This document shows, piece after piece, positions 11,246-22,872 of a DNA stretch of 64,000 bases. This DNA comes from Macrostomum lignano. Lineage: Eukaryota. The position numbers and the translations under genes were made by a program. The notes under the pieces are model-generated. The model saw only the letters and a program-made list of their open reading frames with translations, was not told the DNA's origin and searched no databases. The stretch is from the NCBI GenBank assembly GCA_002269645.1, contig NIVC01003262.1, positions 1 through 64,000 of the forward strand. The letters run 5' to 3'. The number at the start of each line of letters is the position of its first letter. Within the stretch, counting starts at the first letter, position 1.

Positions 11246-11640
11246 ATCGAGTGACAGACTGGATAATCCCACTTTTATCGAGTGACAGACTGGATAATAT
11301 CACCCCATTGAGTGACAGAGTGGATAATCTCACCCCTATTGAGTGACAGAGTGGATAATCTCACCACATTGAGTGACAGAGTGGATAATCTCACCACATT
11401 GAGTGACAGAGTGGATAATCTCACCACATTGAGTGACAGAGTGGATAATCTCACCACATTGAGTGACAGAGTGGATAATCTCACCCCTATTGAGTGACAG
11501 AGTGGATAATCTCACCACATTGAGTGACAGAGTGGATAATCTCACCCCTATAGAGTGACAGAGCGGATAATCTCACCACATTGAGTGACGGGCTGGATAA
11601 TCTCACCACATTGAGTGACGGACCGGATAATCTCACCCCT
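11246..11640. repeat. 30-bp minisatellite (GAGTGACAGAGTGGATAATCTCACCACATT), about 13 copies, MTMR intron 4
   Basis: Direct inspection; 10-aa periodicity in ORFs 11275-11545. Confidence 0.9.
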
Positions 11641-12191
11641 TTAGGGCACGCATTAAATAAAAGATTAAAAGCATGCCGAGTGCCACAAACAAAGACAACA
11701 GACCGAAATTAATGACGTCAATTTCCCAATGACGCACCCCATTCCTCGTTAGCCTAACGGGAAATGTCAATTTTTTAAGCTTTTCATCAAACTATTGACT
11801 TTATGGTAATAAAAAACCATCGTTCTAAGCGCTCTTACAACAAAATCGTAAGAGCTAATCCTATTTTTTCACTCTCAAATAGCCGTCGCTGTTAAACGAG
11901 CCGCTAATCTAAATCCTTCGGCATTCAGTCTAAGCTGGAGACTCAAAAAGTGTGAATTTTTCACCTTTGGCAAATCCGTTTCTCTTTGTCTCCAGCTTTG
12001 CCTTGCCTAGCTCAGCTATTAAAATAGAGTGGTTTATGCTCACAGAAGATAGAAGCAGTCGAAATCCCTAGAGAGATGACGGACGAGGACGAAACACCTG
12101 AGAAGTAAAGCTGCAGCTTTGGCAACCAAATATAGAGGCTTAGGTAGGTAGATAGGGGTTGTGGATCTAAAATGGCTGATTGCTAGTATGG

Positions 12192-12900
12192 GGGGAGTAG
12201 AGGGCGGATTGTAAAACTGGGGTAGGGGTAGAGGGGGAATTGTTGAACTGGGGTGGGGGGTCGGGGTAGAGGGCGGATTGTTAAACTGGGGTAGGGTAGA
12301 GGGCGGATTGTTAAACTAGGAGTGGGGTAAAGGGCGGATTGTTAAACTGGGGGTAGAGGTAGAGGGCGGATTGTTAAACTGGGGGTAGAGGTAGAGGGCG
12401 GATTGTTAAACTGGGGGGTAGAGGTAGAGGGCGGATTGTTAAACTGGGGGTAGGGGTAGAGGGCGGATTGTTAAACTGGGGGGTAGAGGTAAAGGGCGGA
12501 TTGTTAAACTGGGGGTAGAGGTAGAGGGCGGATTGTTAAACTGGGGGTAGGGGTAGAGGGCGGATTGTTAAACTGGGGGTAGAGGTAGAGGGCGGATTGT
12601 TAAACTGGGGGTAGGGGTAGAGGGCGGATTGTTAAACTGGGGTAGAGGTAGAGGGCGGATTGTTAAACTGGGGGTAGAGGTAGAGGGCGGATTGTTAAAC
12701 TGGGGTAGGGGTAGAGGGCGGATTGTTAAACTGGGGGTAGGGGTAGAGGGCGGATTGTTAAACTGGGGGTAGGAGTAGAGGGCGGATTGTTAAACTGGGG
12801 TAGGGGTAGAGGGCGGATTGTTAAACTGGGGGTAGGGGTAGAGGGCGGATTGTTAAACTAGGAGTGGGGTAAAGGGCGGATTGTTAAACTGGGGGTAGGG
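12192..12900. repeat. G-rich 30-31-bp minisatellite (GGGGTAGAGGTAGAGGGCGGATTGTTAAACTG), about 23 copies, MTMR intron 4
   Basis: Direct inspection. Confidence 0.9.
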
Positions 12901-13311
12901 TGCAAGTAGTGGATCGCTAGAGCACACTGGAAGGATGCTGAGTGGCTTTGTATAATGATCGAGGCATTATCGGGTTGCTGTATTAATTAGTAAGAGATTA
13001 TAACCTCCTCACTCGGCCGACTAGCTGAAATTAAGCAACCTAATTGTAACTGTACCTATTATAGCAGGTAATACCTTCGTAAGCCACGGTGTAATTAGCT
13101 TTACTCTGTGAAGCGTATGTTCGGAATACCGCAGCCTCTAAACATGTCAGGGTTTGCGTTTTCGCATTTCACTATATTCACTAGTAGCTAATGGAGTAAC
13201 TAATACTCACTCGAGTTCCCCAATTAAAGTAGGATTGAAATGAAGAAAAAATCACAATGACATAAACTATTTCCTTTAAGGTCAATCTTAATAGTGATGA
13301 CTTATTAGGCC

Positions 13312-15458
13312 TGCCCTATTAGAGATAATAAACCAGCTCAATTAGATAATAAACCAGTCCTATTAGAGATCATAAACCAGTCCTTTTTAGAGATCACAAA
13401 CCAACCCCATTAGAAAAAACCTGCCCTATTAGAAATTATAAACAGACCTATTAGAGATCATAAACCAGCCCTATTAGAGATCATAAACCAGCCCTATTAG
13501 AGATCATAAACCAGCCCTATTAGAGGTCATAAACCAGCCCTATTAGAGATCACAAACCTGCCCTATTAGAGATCATAAACCAGCCCTATTAGAGATCATA
13601 AACCAGCCCTATTAGAGATCATAAACCAGCCCTATTAGAAATTATAAACAGACCTATTAGAGATCATAAACCTGCCCTATTAGAGATCATAAACCAGCCC
13701 TATTAGAGATCATAAACCAGCCCTATTAGAAATTATAAACAGACCTATTAGAGATCATAAACCTGCCCTATTAGAGATCATAAACCAGCCCTATTAGAGA
13801 TCATAAACCAGCCCTATTAGAAATTATAAACAGACCTATTAGAGATCATAAACCTGCCCTATTAGAGATCATAAACCAGCCCTATTAGAGATCATAAACC
13901 AGCCCTATTAGAAATTATAAACAGACCTATTAGAGATCATAAACCTGCCCTATTAGAGATCATAAACCAGCCCTATTAGAGATCATAAACCAGCCCTATT
14001 AGAGATCATAAACCAGCCCTATTAGAGATCATAAACCTGCCCTATTAGAGATCATAAACAGACCTATTAGAGATCATAAACCTGCCCTATTAGAGATCAT
14101 AAACCAGCCCTATTAGAGATCATAAACCAGCCCTATTAGAAATTATAAACAGACCTATTAGAGATCATAAACCTGCCCTATTAGAGATCATAAACCAGCC
14201 CTATTAGAGATCATAAACCAGCCCTATTAGAGATCATAAACCAGCCCTATTAGAGATCATAAACCTGCCCTATTAGAGATCATAAACAGACCTATTAGAG
14301 ATCATAAACCTGCCCTATTAGAGATCATAAACCAGCCCTATTAGAGATCACAAACCTGCCCTATTAGAGATCATAAACCAGCCCTATTAGAGATCATAAA
14401 CCTGCCCTATTAGAGATCATAAACCTGCCCTATTAGAGATCATAAACCAGCCCTATTAGAGATCATAAACCAGCCCTATTAGAGATCACAAACCTGCCCT
14501 ATTAGAGATCATAAACCAGCCCTATTAGAGATCATAAACCTGCCCTATTAGAGATCATAAACCAGCCCTATTAGAGATCATAAACCAGCCCTATTACAGA
14601 TCACAAACCTGCCCTATTAGAGATCATAAACCAGCCCTATTAGAGATCATAAACCAGCCCTATTAGAGATCATAAACCAGCCCTATTAGAGATCATAAAC
14701 CAGCCCTATTAGAGATCATAAACCAGCCCTATTAGAGATCACAAACCTGCCCTATTAGAGATCATAAACCAGCCCTATTAGAGATCATAAACCAGCCCTA
14801 TTAGAGATCATAAACCAGTCCTATTAGAGATCATAAACCTGCCCTATTAGAGATCATAAACCAGCCCTATTAGAGATCATAAACCAGCCCTATTAGAGAT
14901 CACAAACCTGCCCTATTAGAGATCATAAACCAGCTCTATTAGAGATCACAAACCTGCCCTATTAGAGATCATAAACCAGCCCTATTAGAGATCATAAACC
15001 AGCCCTATTAGAGATCATAAACCAGCCCTATTAGAGATCACAAACCTGCCCTATTAGAGATCATAAACCAGCCCTATTAGAGATCATAAACCAGCCCTAT
15101 TAGAGATCATAAACCTGCCCTATTAGAGATCATAAACCAGCCCTATTAGAGATCATAAACCAGCCCTATTAGAGATCACAAACCTGCCCTATTAGAGATC
15201 ATAAACCAGCCATATTAGAGATCATAAACCAGCCCTATTAGAGATCATAAACCAGCCCTATTAGAGATCATAAACCAGCCCTATTAGAGATCATAAACCA
15301 GTCCTATTAGAGATCATAAACCAGCCCTATTAGAGATCATAAACCAGTCCTATTAGAGATAAAAAACCAGTCCTTTTTAGAGATCACAAACCAGCCCTAT
15401 TAGAGGTCATAACCCTGCCCTATTAGAGGTCATAAACCAGCACTATTAGACACCATAA
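13312..15458. repeat. 23-bp minisatellite (CTATTAGAGATCATAAACCAGCC), about 90 copies, MTMR intron 4
   Basis: Direct inspection. Confidence 0.95.
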
Positions 15459-15531
15459 ACCGAACTCACTAAAGTCTAAACCACATCTATCAGAGACTAG
15501 GCCCAGTACAGCAACAAGCACGCGCACTCAC

Positions 15532-16113
15532 CTGAAAGGGATCGCAAGCGAGCGGTAGACCATCCCAATCAAGCCGATCAAAGCTACCAGGTTGACCAGG
15601 CGGGGCATACAGTGCTCTCCAGAGTTGCAAACTGTGAATAGCGGCTGACGGGGTGAGGACTCGATGACTGGGCTGGTAAAGCTCATTCTTCATACCGGCC
15701 AGTTTTAATATATTCCAAACGCACAGGCCACGACTTTTTAAATCTGCAGCGTCTCGTTCGGCCGGTCCGTTGCTAAGGAAGCTAATAAACAAGCCGGAGT
15801 AACAGTGCACCGCTAATCGCCTTAGCAACGCGTCGGTGAACTCAAACTGAGTAGGATATTGTAATAATAATTGATGCACGCAATCTAAAAACTGCAGAAA
15901 TATTGGAGACCGCTCGTTCGCGTCCCGACCGGAACAACGGTCGGCGAACTTGTGCCCGAATTCGAACCATTCCCGATTGATCAGCAGGCGGAAACCGGCG
16001 ATGCTGCGGTAGTAGGGATCCGCTATGACCTGGCACAGGCTGGTGAGCTGCGGGGTCCGATCCCAACCGTCTGAGCAGTGCACCAGCACCGAGCGACCCT
16101 CGGACACCAGCAC
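15532..16113 (-). CDS. MTMR3: MTMR3/4-like exon 4: phosphatase catalytic loop
   Basis: VLVHCSDGWDRT (active CX5R myotubularin signature), REWFEFGHKFADRC, SPIFLQFLDCVHQL; acceptor CCTCAG|GTG at 16114 and donor CAG|GTGAGT at 15531, both phase 0. Confidence 0.92.
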
Positions 16114-16314
16114 CTGAGGATTTGAGCCGGTGAATCAAGGCTACAATGCAAGCGCAGCGAGCGAAGAAGCCAGCACGCACTAGCTCACATGGGGTGTACA
16201 GCAACCTTGATTAGCTCACACGGGGTGTACAACAACACTGACTATTATAATCGCGACCCTAATGCACGCAGTGCGCAAATAGCCACAGCAATGAGAATAT
16301 AATATAGTATATGA

Positions 16315-16610
16315 TAGTAAAGGGGTAAAGGAGTTTGTAGGACTCATGACTTGAAGGTCGGGGATTCGATTCCCGATCCCACTTGAAACAATTTGTGTCC
16401 TTGAGCAAGACACTCAACTCTGCATTGCTTCAGTTCAGCCAGCTGTAAAATGGGTGCCGGCATTAGCTGGGGTAACTGAGGGTGTGTGGCGACCCCCCAG
16501 TCCTTGGACTGAACAGCCGTACGCAACCTTCAGATGCAATAGCCGCTGTCGGTTGCACATCTGGCCCAATTCGGGCCAATTGGTGCGAGTAATCAATCAA
16601 TATTATTATC
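16315..16610 (+). mobile_element. tRNA-derived SINE with a CORE/Meta-like central domain
   Basis: B-box-like GGATTCGATTCC at 16362-16373, followed by TGTGTCCTTGAGCAAGACACTCAAC...CAGCTGTAAAATGGG, which resembles the conserved central domain of CORE/Meta SINEs; ends in an AATCAATCAATATTATTATC tail. Confidence 0.65.
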
Positions 16611-16629
16611 AGTATACGATATTCTAAAA

Positions 16630-16712
16630 GGGGGCCAAAGCCCAGTGGTCTACCCAGGCGTTCTGATGTGCCAGCGGCCCAGGCTCGATTCCAAGTGCAG
16701 TCGCATTCATTT
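16630..16712 (+). mobile_element. Possible tRNA-like SINE head
   Basis: GGGGCC...CCCAGTGGT (A-box-like) and GGCTCGATTCC (B-box-like) at tRNA spacing; no clean cloverleaf. Confidence 0.35.
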
Positions 16713-16959
16713 GGTGTTAAATTGGTATTTTGGTAAATGCCTAACGATAAATAAAGTAAGGGTTGCTGTACTCTACTGTGTCTGTGTGGTTAACAGACTC
16801 CAACAGATTCTTTTTCTGCCTCCCTAACGGGGGGGGGGGCGAAGATTTCCAGTCATTAATCTATTCAACCCCTGGGTGCACTTATCCCCTATCTCATATT
16901 CCTGTATATACACCCCTGTGTGAGTGTGGGACTGTGCCCACACCCAAAAGCTGGGGCTT

Positions 16960-17240
16960 TTGGCGCCACAGGCAGGCGCTCATTTTGGCGCCACAGATAG
17001 GCGCTCATTTTGGCGCCACAGGCTGTGACAGACAGGCGCTCATTTTGGTGCCACAGATAGGCGCTCATTTTGGCGCCACAGGCTGTGACAGACAGACACT
17101 CATTTTGGCGCCACAGACAGGCACTCATTTTGGCGCCACATAGAGGCGCTCATTTTGGCGCCACAGACAGGCACTCATTTTGGCGCCACATACAGGCGCT
17201 CATTTTGGCGCCACAGACAGGCGCTCATTTTGGCGCCACA
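16960..17240. repeat. 25/33-bp tandem repeat (GGCGCTCATTTTGGCGCCACAGACA), related to the 4595-4760 array
   Basis: Shares the CTCATTTTGGCGCC core with the array at 4595-4760. Confidence 0.85.
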
Positions 17241-17371
17241 GAGACTCTAACTAAAAATAAATAGGACATTCTACCAGTTAACATATTAAATCAGAGCAGC
17301 ACAGCTGTGCTATGAAAGTTAAGCAAAGATGCCTGTGGTTAGTTAAGACAAGTTTAAAACATTTCCATTAC

Positions 17372-17941
17372 CTGAGCGATTCTACTAGAATGCCTAATCA
17401 ACGAGCTCAGCAAAGTCAGCCAGCCGGCCCGTTCGATGTCGCTTAAGAAGCTCGCATTCTGAGCGGCTGCGGCGGCCGCGGCGGCGGCAGCAGCGGCGGA
17501 GCTGACACCAGACGAAGTAGTTGACGTTGGCGGCGCCGTACAAACTGTAGCGACAGGCCCAGGCGCCAGAGATACAGTAGAATTATTACTCACAGATGTT
17601 GCGGATGAGGCTTGCAACGCTTCTGTTGTCGCGGTCGCCACAGTTGAGGCAGATCCATTATTACCGCTAGCATAACTACTATGAGTAACAGTAGTAGCAC
17701 TAGCAGAGCTATTAGAAGAAAACGAATTCGAGGCCACAGAGGCTAAGGAGCCATCGCGACCGCAACAGGCAGCACCTAAAGCGGCTCGCAGGGCGACAAA
17801 ACTATTCCTAATAGCGTGGATATTGGGCAGGCCCAGGTATTCGATCTCTGTGCCCGTATAATATTCGGGCCGTTCGTAGCCGCCGCCTCGGGTGCCATTG
17901 CCAAGCGCGGCAGTGTAATGCCTGGCGTCCACTATTAGCAC
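17372..17941 (-). CDS. MTMR3: MTMR3/4-like exon 3
   Basis: IVDARHYTAALGN...GGGYERPEYY...LGLPNIHAIRNSF and GWLTLLSSLI match conserved myotubularin blocks; acceptor CTAATCCAG|GTG at 17942 and donor CAG|GTAATG at 17371, phase 0. Confidence 0.9.
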
Positions 17942-18029
17942 CTGGATTAGGTAATTCGGGTCAGTGTATGTTTTCTTGCTTATTCAACTCTGACTGTGTT
18001 TAATCACCATTTATAAATTCGCAACGTAG

Positions 18030-19285
18030 CTAATAGAAAATGGCAACTCAGCTATTAGAAAATGGCAACTCAGCTAATAGAAAATGGCAACTCAGCTAAT
18101 AGAAAACGGCAACTCAGCTAATAGAAAGCGGCAACTCAGCTAATAGAAAATGGCAACTCAGCTAAAGCAAAAATGGCAACTCAGATAATAGAAAATGGCA
18201 ACTCAGCTAAAGCAAAAATGGCAACTCAGCTAATAGAAAATGGCAACTCAGCTAAAGCAAAAATGGCAACTCAGCTAATAGAAAATGGCAACTCAGCTAA
18301 TAGAAAATGGCAACTCAGCTAATAGAAAATTGCAAATAAGCTAATAGAAAAAATGGCAACTCAGCTAATAGAAAACGGCAACTCAGCTAATACGAAATAG
18401 CAACTCAGCTAATACAAAACGGCAACTCAGCTAATACAAAATAACAACTCAGCTAATAGGAAACGGCAACTCAGCTAATAGAAAACGGCAACTCAGCTAA
18501 TAGGAAACGGCAACTCAGCTAATAGGAAACGGCAACTCAGCTAATAGAAAACGGCAACTCAGCTAATACAAAATAACAACTCAGCTAATAGGAAACGGCA
18601 ACTCAGCTAATAGAAAACGGCAACTCAGCTAATAGGAAACGGCAACTCAGCTAATAGAAAACGGCAACTCAGCTAATACAAAATAACAACTCAGCTAATA
18701 GGAAACGGCAACTCAGCTAATAGAAAACGGCAACTCAGCTAATAGGAAACGGCAACTCAGCTAATAGAAAACGGCAACTCAGCTAATAGAAAATGGCAAC
18801 TCAGCTAAAAGAAAACGGCAACTCAGCTAATAGAAAACGGCAACTCAGCTAATACAAAATAACAACTCAGCTAATAGGAAACGGCAACTCAGCTAATAGA
18901 AAACGGCAACTCAGCTAATAGGAAACGGCAACTCAGCTAATAGGAAACGGCAACTCAGCTAATAGAAAACGGCAACTCAGCTAATACAAAATAACAACTC
19001 AGCTAATAGGAAACGGCAACTCAGCTAATAGAAAACGGCAACTCAGCTAATAGGAAACGGCAACTCAGCTAATAGAAAACGGCAACTCAGCTAATACAAA
19101 ATAACAACTCAGCTAATAGGAAACGGCAACTCAGCTAATAGAAAACGGCAACTCAGCTAATAGGAAACGGCAACTCAGCTAATAGAAAACGGCAACTCAG
19201 CTAATAGAAAATGGCAACTCAGCTAATAGAAAACGGCAACTCAGCTAATAGAAAACGGCAGCTCAGCTAATACAAAATAGCAATC
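18030..19285. repeat. 22-bp minisatellite (GAAAACGGCAACTCAGCTAATA), about 57 copies, MTMR intron 2
   Basis: Direct inspection. Confidence 0.95.
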
Positions 19286-19297
19286 GCTGGCACAAAC

Positions 19298-19846
19298 CTT
19301 TTTAGCGGCATCGGAAGTCAGCATTCGCACCAATTTCTCGTCGGGTTCGCAACGCCAGCCGAGAAATCCAGCCAATCCAACTAGCGGTTGGGCCGAGCGC
19401 GCCAAAACGGCGCCATTAGCCCGGCAGCGCCAAACTGGCGCCGGAAATCTACCCAGAGCTCGGTAGCCGCTAGACTGGCGCAATTCGTCTTCCGTAACGG
19501 AGGCCGGAAGCAGATGCAGCCTAGGATAGGACTGGCACAAAGACCTGTCGGAGTTGAGTTTAGTAACGCACCAGCCACTATTATCGCCCAGGAAGCCGAG
19601 TCGTTTAGCTTCATCTATAAAAGATTTCTCAGTGTAGTGCGCCTCGTAGCCCATGTCAACAGGCTCAGCATCGGGCTGCTGCTGCTGCTGCCGCCTTCGG
19701 ATCGTCTTTTTGAATAGGTAGGGAAAGTAGGTGGCGCCCTGGCAGTCCAAAAGAGGACTCAATCGGGTCGGATCGAGTCGTTCGGCCCACTGGTTGAGCT
19801 CGGGGAGGGAGTCGAAGTACAGTCGGGGCAGGTTGCAGCGCCCGTC
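19298..19846 (-). CDS. MTMR3: MTMR3/4-like exon 2 (end of PH-GRAM, start of phosphatase domain)
   Basis: Acceptor CTCCTTAG|GAC at 19847 gives DGRCNLPRLYF, continuing HCK from exon 1; WCVTKLNSDRSLCQSYP and YRALGRFPAPVWR...LARSAQP are myotubularin motifs; donor AAG|GTTTGT at 19297. Confidence 0.88.
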
Positions 19847-19959
19847 CTAAGGAGTTTAATAGAGCGTTGAGGTTTCCCGTATTAAATGGATTTAAAATGG
19901 ATATATAAAAAGCCTGTGTAGCATTATGGGGTCGAGAGAGGAACAGAGGTCCGAGTAAG

Positions 19960-20770
19960 GGATAGACATGAGAGTGAGTGAGTGGGTGAGCAAGGGTAGA
20001 GTCAGTATGGGCAAGGGCAGAGGGTAGTAGACATGAGCAGAGGGTGTAGAGACATGGGCAGAGGGTGTAGAGACATGGGTAGAGGGGGTAGAGGCATGGG
20101 CAGAGGGGGTAGAGGCATGGGTAGAGGGGGTAGAGGCATGGGTAGAGGGGGTAGAGGCATGGGTAGAGGGGGTAGTTACATGGGTAGAGGGGGTAGAGAC
20201 ATGGGCAGAGAGGGTAGTGACATGGGTAGAGGGGGTAGAGGCATGGGTAGAGGGGGTAGTTACATGGGTAGAGGGGGTAGAGACATGGGCAGAGAGGGTA
20301 GTGACATGGGTAGAGGGGGTAGAGGCATGGGTAGAGGGGGTAGAGGCATGGGCAGAGGGGGTAGAGACATGGGTAGAGGGGTGTAGACATGGACAGAGGG
20401 GGTAGTGACATGGGCAGAGAACGTAGAGACATGGGCAAAGGGGGTAGTGACATGGGTAGAGTGGGTAGAGGCATGGGTAGAGGGGGTAGAGGCATGGGCA
20501 GAGGGGGTAGAGACATGGGCAGAGAGGGTAGTGACATGGGTAGAGGGGGTAGAGGCATGGGTAGAGGGGGTAGAGGCATGGGCAGAGGGGGTAGAGACAT
20601 GGGTAGAGGGGTGTAGACATGGACAGAGGGGGTAGTGACATGGGTAGAGTGGGTAGTGACATGGGTAGAGAGCGTAGAGACATGGGTAAAAGGGGTAGAG
20701 ACATGGGTAGAGTGGGTAGTGACATGGGTAAAAGGGGTAGAGACATGGGTAAAAGGGGTAGAGACATGGG
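19960..20770. repeat. G-rich ~21-bp minisatellite (GGGTAGAGGGGGTAGAGGCAT), MTMR intron 1
   Basis: Direct inspection; repetitive ORFs in all frames are artefacts. Confidence 0.9.
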
Positions 20771-20858
20771 TACATAAATAGACCAAATAGAAATATGGAT
20801 AACCAATGGAAAATACTTGTAAATATGAATAAATAAATCATAGATATTGAGTCACTAC

Positions 20859-21485
20859 CTTACAATGCAGTTGCAACTGCAATCCATCTAAATCCTGCAG
20901 TCGTTCAATTAAAAACACTGGCAAAGATTCAATTAGACGCAATTCAGCCGGCTCCATCCGTCCCGATATGGATGCTGCAGATTCAACATCAGCAGGCGGT
21001 TGGCGTAGCAACAACAATCGATAATTAGTGAGCACAATCAACAGGCTAGTTGAGTCCAAGCCAGAGCAGCGGTACCGCTCTCCCGGTAGCAGAGAATCAG
21101 CAGGCAACAGTTTGGGCCCAGTTTCATCACGCGCGCCATCATCTGCGTCATCAACATCATCGGTTCTGTCAACGTCTTGCTCCTCGTCTGGCTGTGGCAT
21201 TATTGACAAGATCTCCTCAGGAGCTGTGCCGCACGAGCTGACGCTAGGACAGCTGGATAGAGTTCGAACCCGATTTAAAGCGTCCTGCAGTTCGTGCGCC
21301 GATAATTGCTGATGCTGGTCGATTATTATTGAACCGTTCCTAGCCCGTATTGAGTTGTCTGGCTCCTCTTGCTCATGAATTGAGCCATTTAGCGTAGTGG
21401 CGGATGAAGTCATTGTTGGCGATGGTGGCATCTCTGTCAGCTCTTTGTCTTCGTGGCCCTGACCAACTGGGTCTTCATTTGACAT
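20859..21485 (-). CDS. MTMR3: MTMR3/4-like exon 1 (acidic N-terminus, PH-GRAM start)
   Basis: ATG at 21485 (MSNED); LLPGE...IVLTNYRLLL...LPVFLIERL...LQLHCK is PH-GRAM-like; donor AAG|GTAGTG at 20858. Spliced product is about 926 aa if the exon 5 boundary is right. Confidence 0.8.
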
Positions 21486-22872
21486 TTTGGACTTCTGGCC
21501 CTTTTGAATCAATTCAATTTTTGTTTTTTATAAATAAAAACTGGACTTGTGTCAAGTTTATACACTGGGCAGGAATGCCATGCAAAAAACATAATTATAT
21601 TGTTGGAAAATTTTAGTGTTTGAGTTTTAATTTTGATGGATTGGTATGTTTAAACACTTAAAATGCTGTAACAAATATTTTGAATCATAGTCTGCCTTCA
21701 ATGGTACATTAACACATTTAACCTATGCAGAACCTCTAAAATTATATCAAATAGGTGCATCTTATCTACAAAAATGTTTAATATTGTCAAAAAATGTCGA
21801 AAATCTGAAAAATGTTATAAATATTACAACCAGCTTATCCTTAGTCTGCCACAGTTTACATAGGTCACATTGGCAATTTCAGCTAGAAATTAATAATTAT
21901 CTTTAGCTATTAGAATCACTTGGGAAAAACATAAAATAAAACCAACATTTAGCTAATATACATGCATAAATACTAGCCAATCAAGCTGATATAAACAGAA
22001 TCTTTTTGTTTTTGAGTAAGTTTAGAGTAATTTATAAAACTAAGTTATTTCATATTATTATTTAGTCAGAACAAACTTAATCAGGATGTCAGAACATAAA
22101 GTATATTTCAAATAATATGCATATATAGTATAAGAATATGAATTATATTGTTAATAATTTTGCCTTATTTGGTATCCTATTATAAGCTTTAGGAAAACTT
22201 GTTTTGAATATTTAACACTCTTAAACAAATTGGCATCTTTTGCAACAAAGGGAATTACAACTAGTTAATTGGTCATTTCCTCATAGCTAGAGCATTGCAC
22301 AGAAATATATAAATAAGTCTTAGAATATATTTTTTCTCAACTTAAAACTATTTAGAAACTTAATTAATTTAAATATGTATAATATATATTTATATACTAG
22401 GCCCCTATAACAAAAATGTACCACTTAGCCTTAAAAAGGGGAAGCCTTATTGAGCCTTGTAGTCAACTGTATATTAGGCTCATTTAGATTAGAATGAGAT
22501 CAATAATCACACCATTTTTTTACTTGAAGCTGGCATTTACTCTTCAAGACTCATTGAATTGCTTTTGCTTTGCAACTTGAATTTTATTGTGGAATTTTCA
22601 CTTTTTCCATTTTTACAAAATTAAACTTTACATCTTAGTGATTCCTACCATTAGCCTTAATATATTACCGATTCTCCTAAGCCATAGAATGCTAACTAGC
22701 CATATATAAGTCACACACCCCTATATAAATCACTATTAGACAAAATAGTAGACACGCAACTAATGTCAGCCAATAGCAAGTTACATGTGTTGCCAATAGA
22801 AATAGATAGGTGATTCAATCCTAAGGTTATACATATCTGCTGCAATTATTTCAATCTCATTTATATGCCATA

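Noticed and set aside
12020-12100. Candidate extra MTMR exon (minus strand, CTTCTCAG|GTG...|GTGAGC)
   Set aside because: In phase 0 it hits a stop after 9 codons; other phases do not join both neighbouring exons without further unseen exons.
19665-20841. Pro/Cys/Tyr-rich and RGG-rich ORFs
   Set aside because: Translations of the intron 1 minisatellite in all frames; the real exon 2 starts at 19846.
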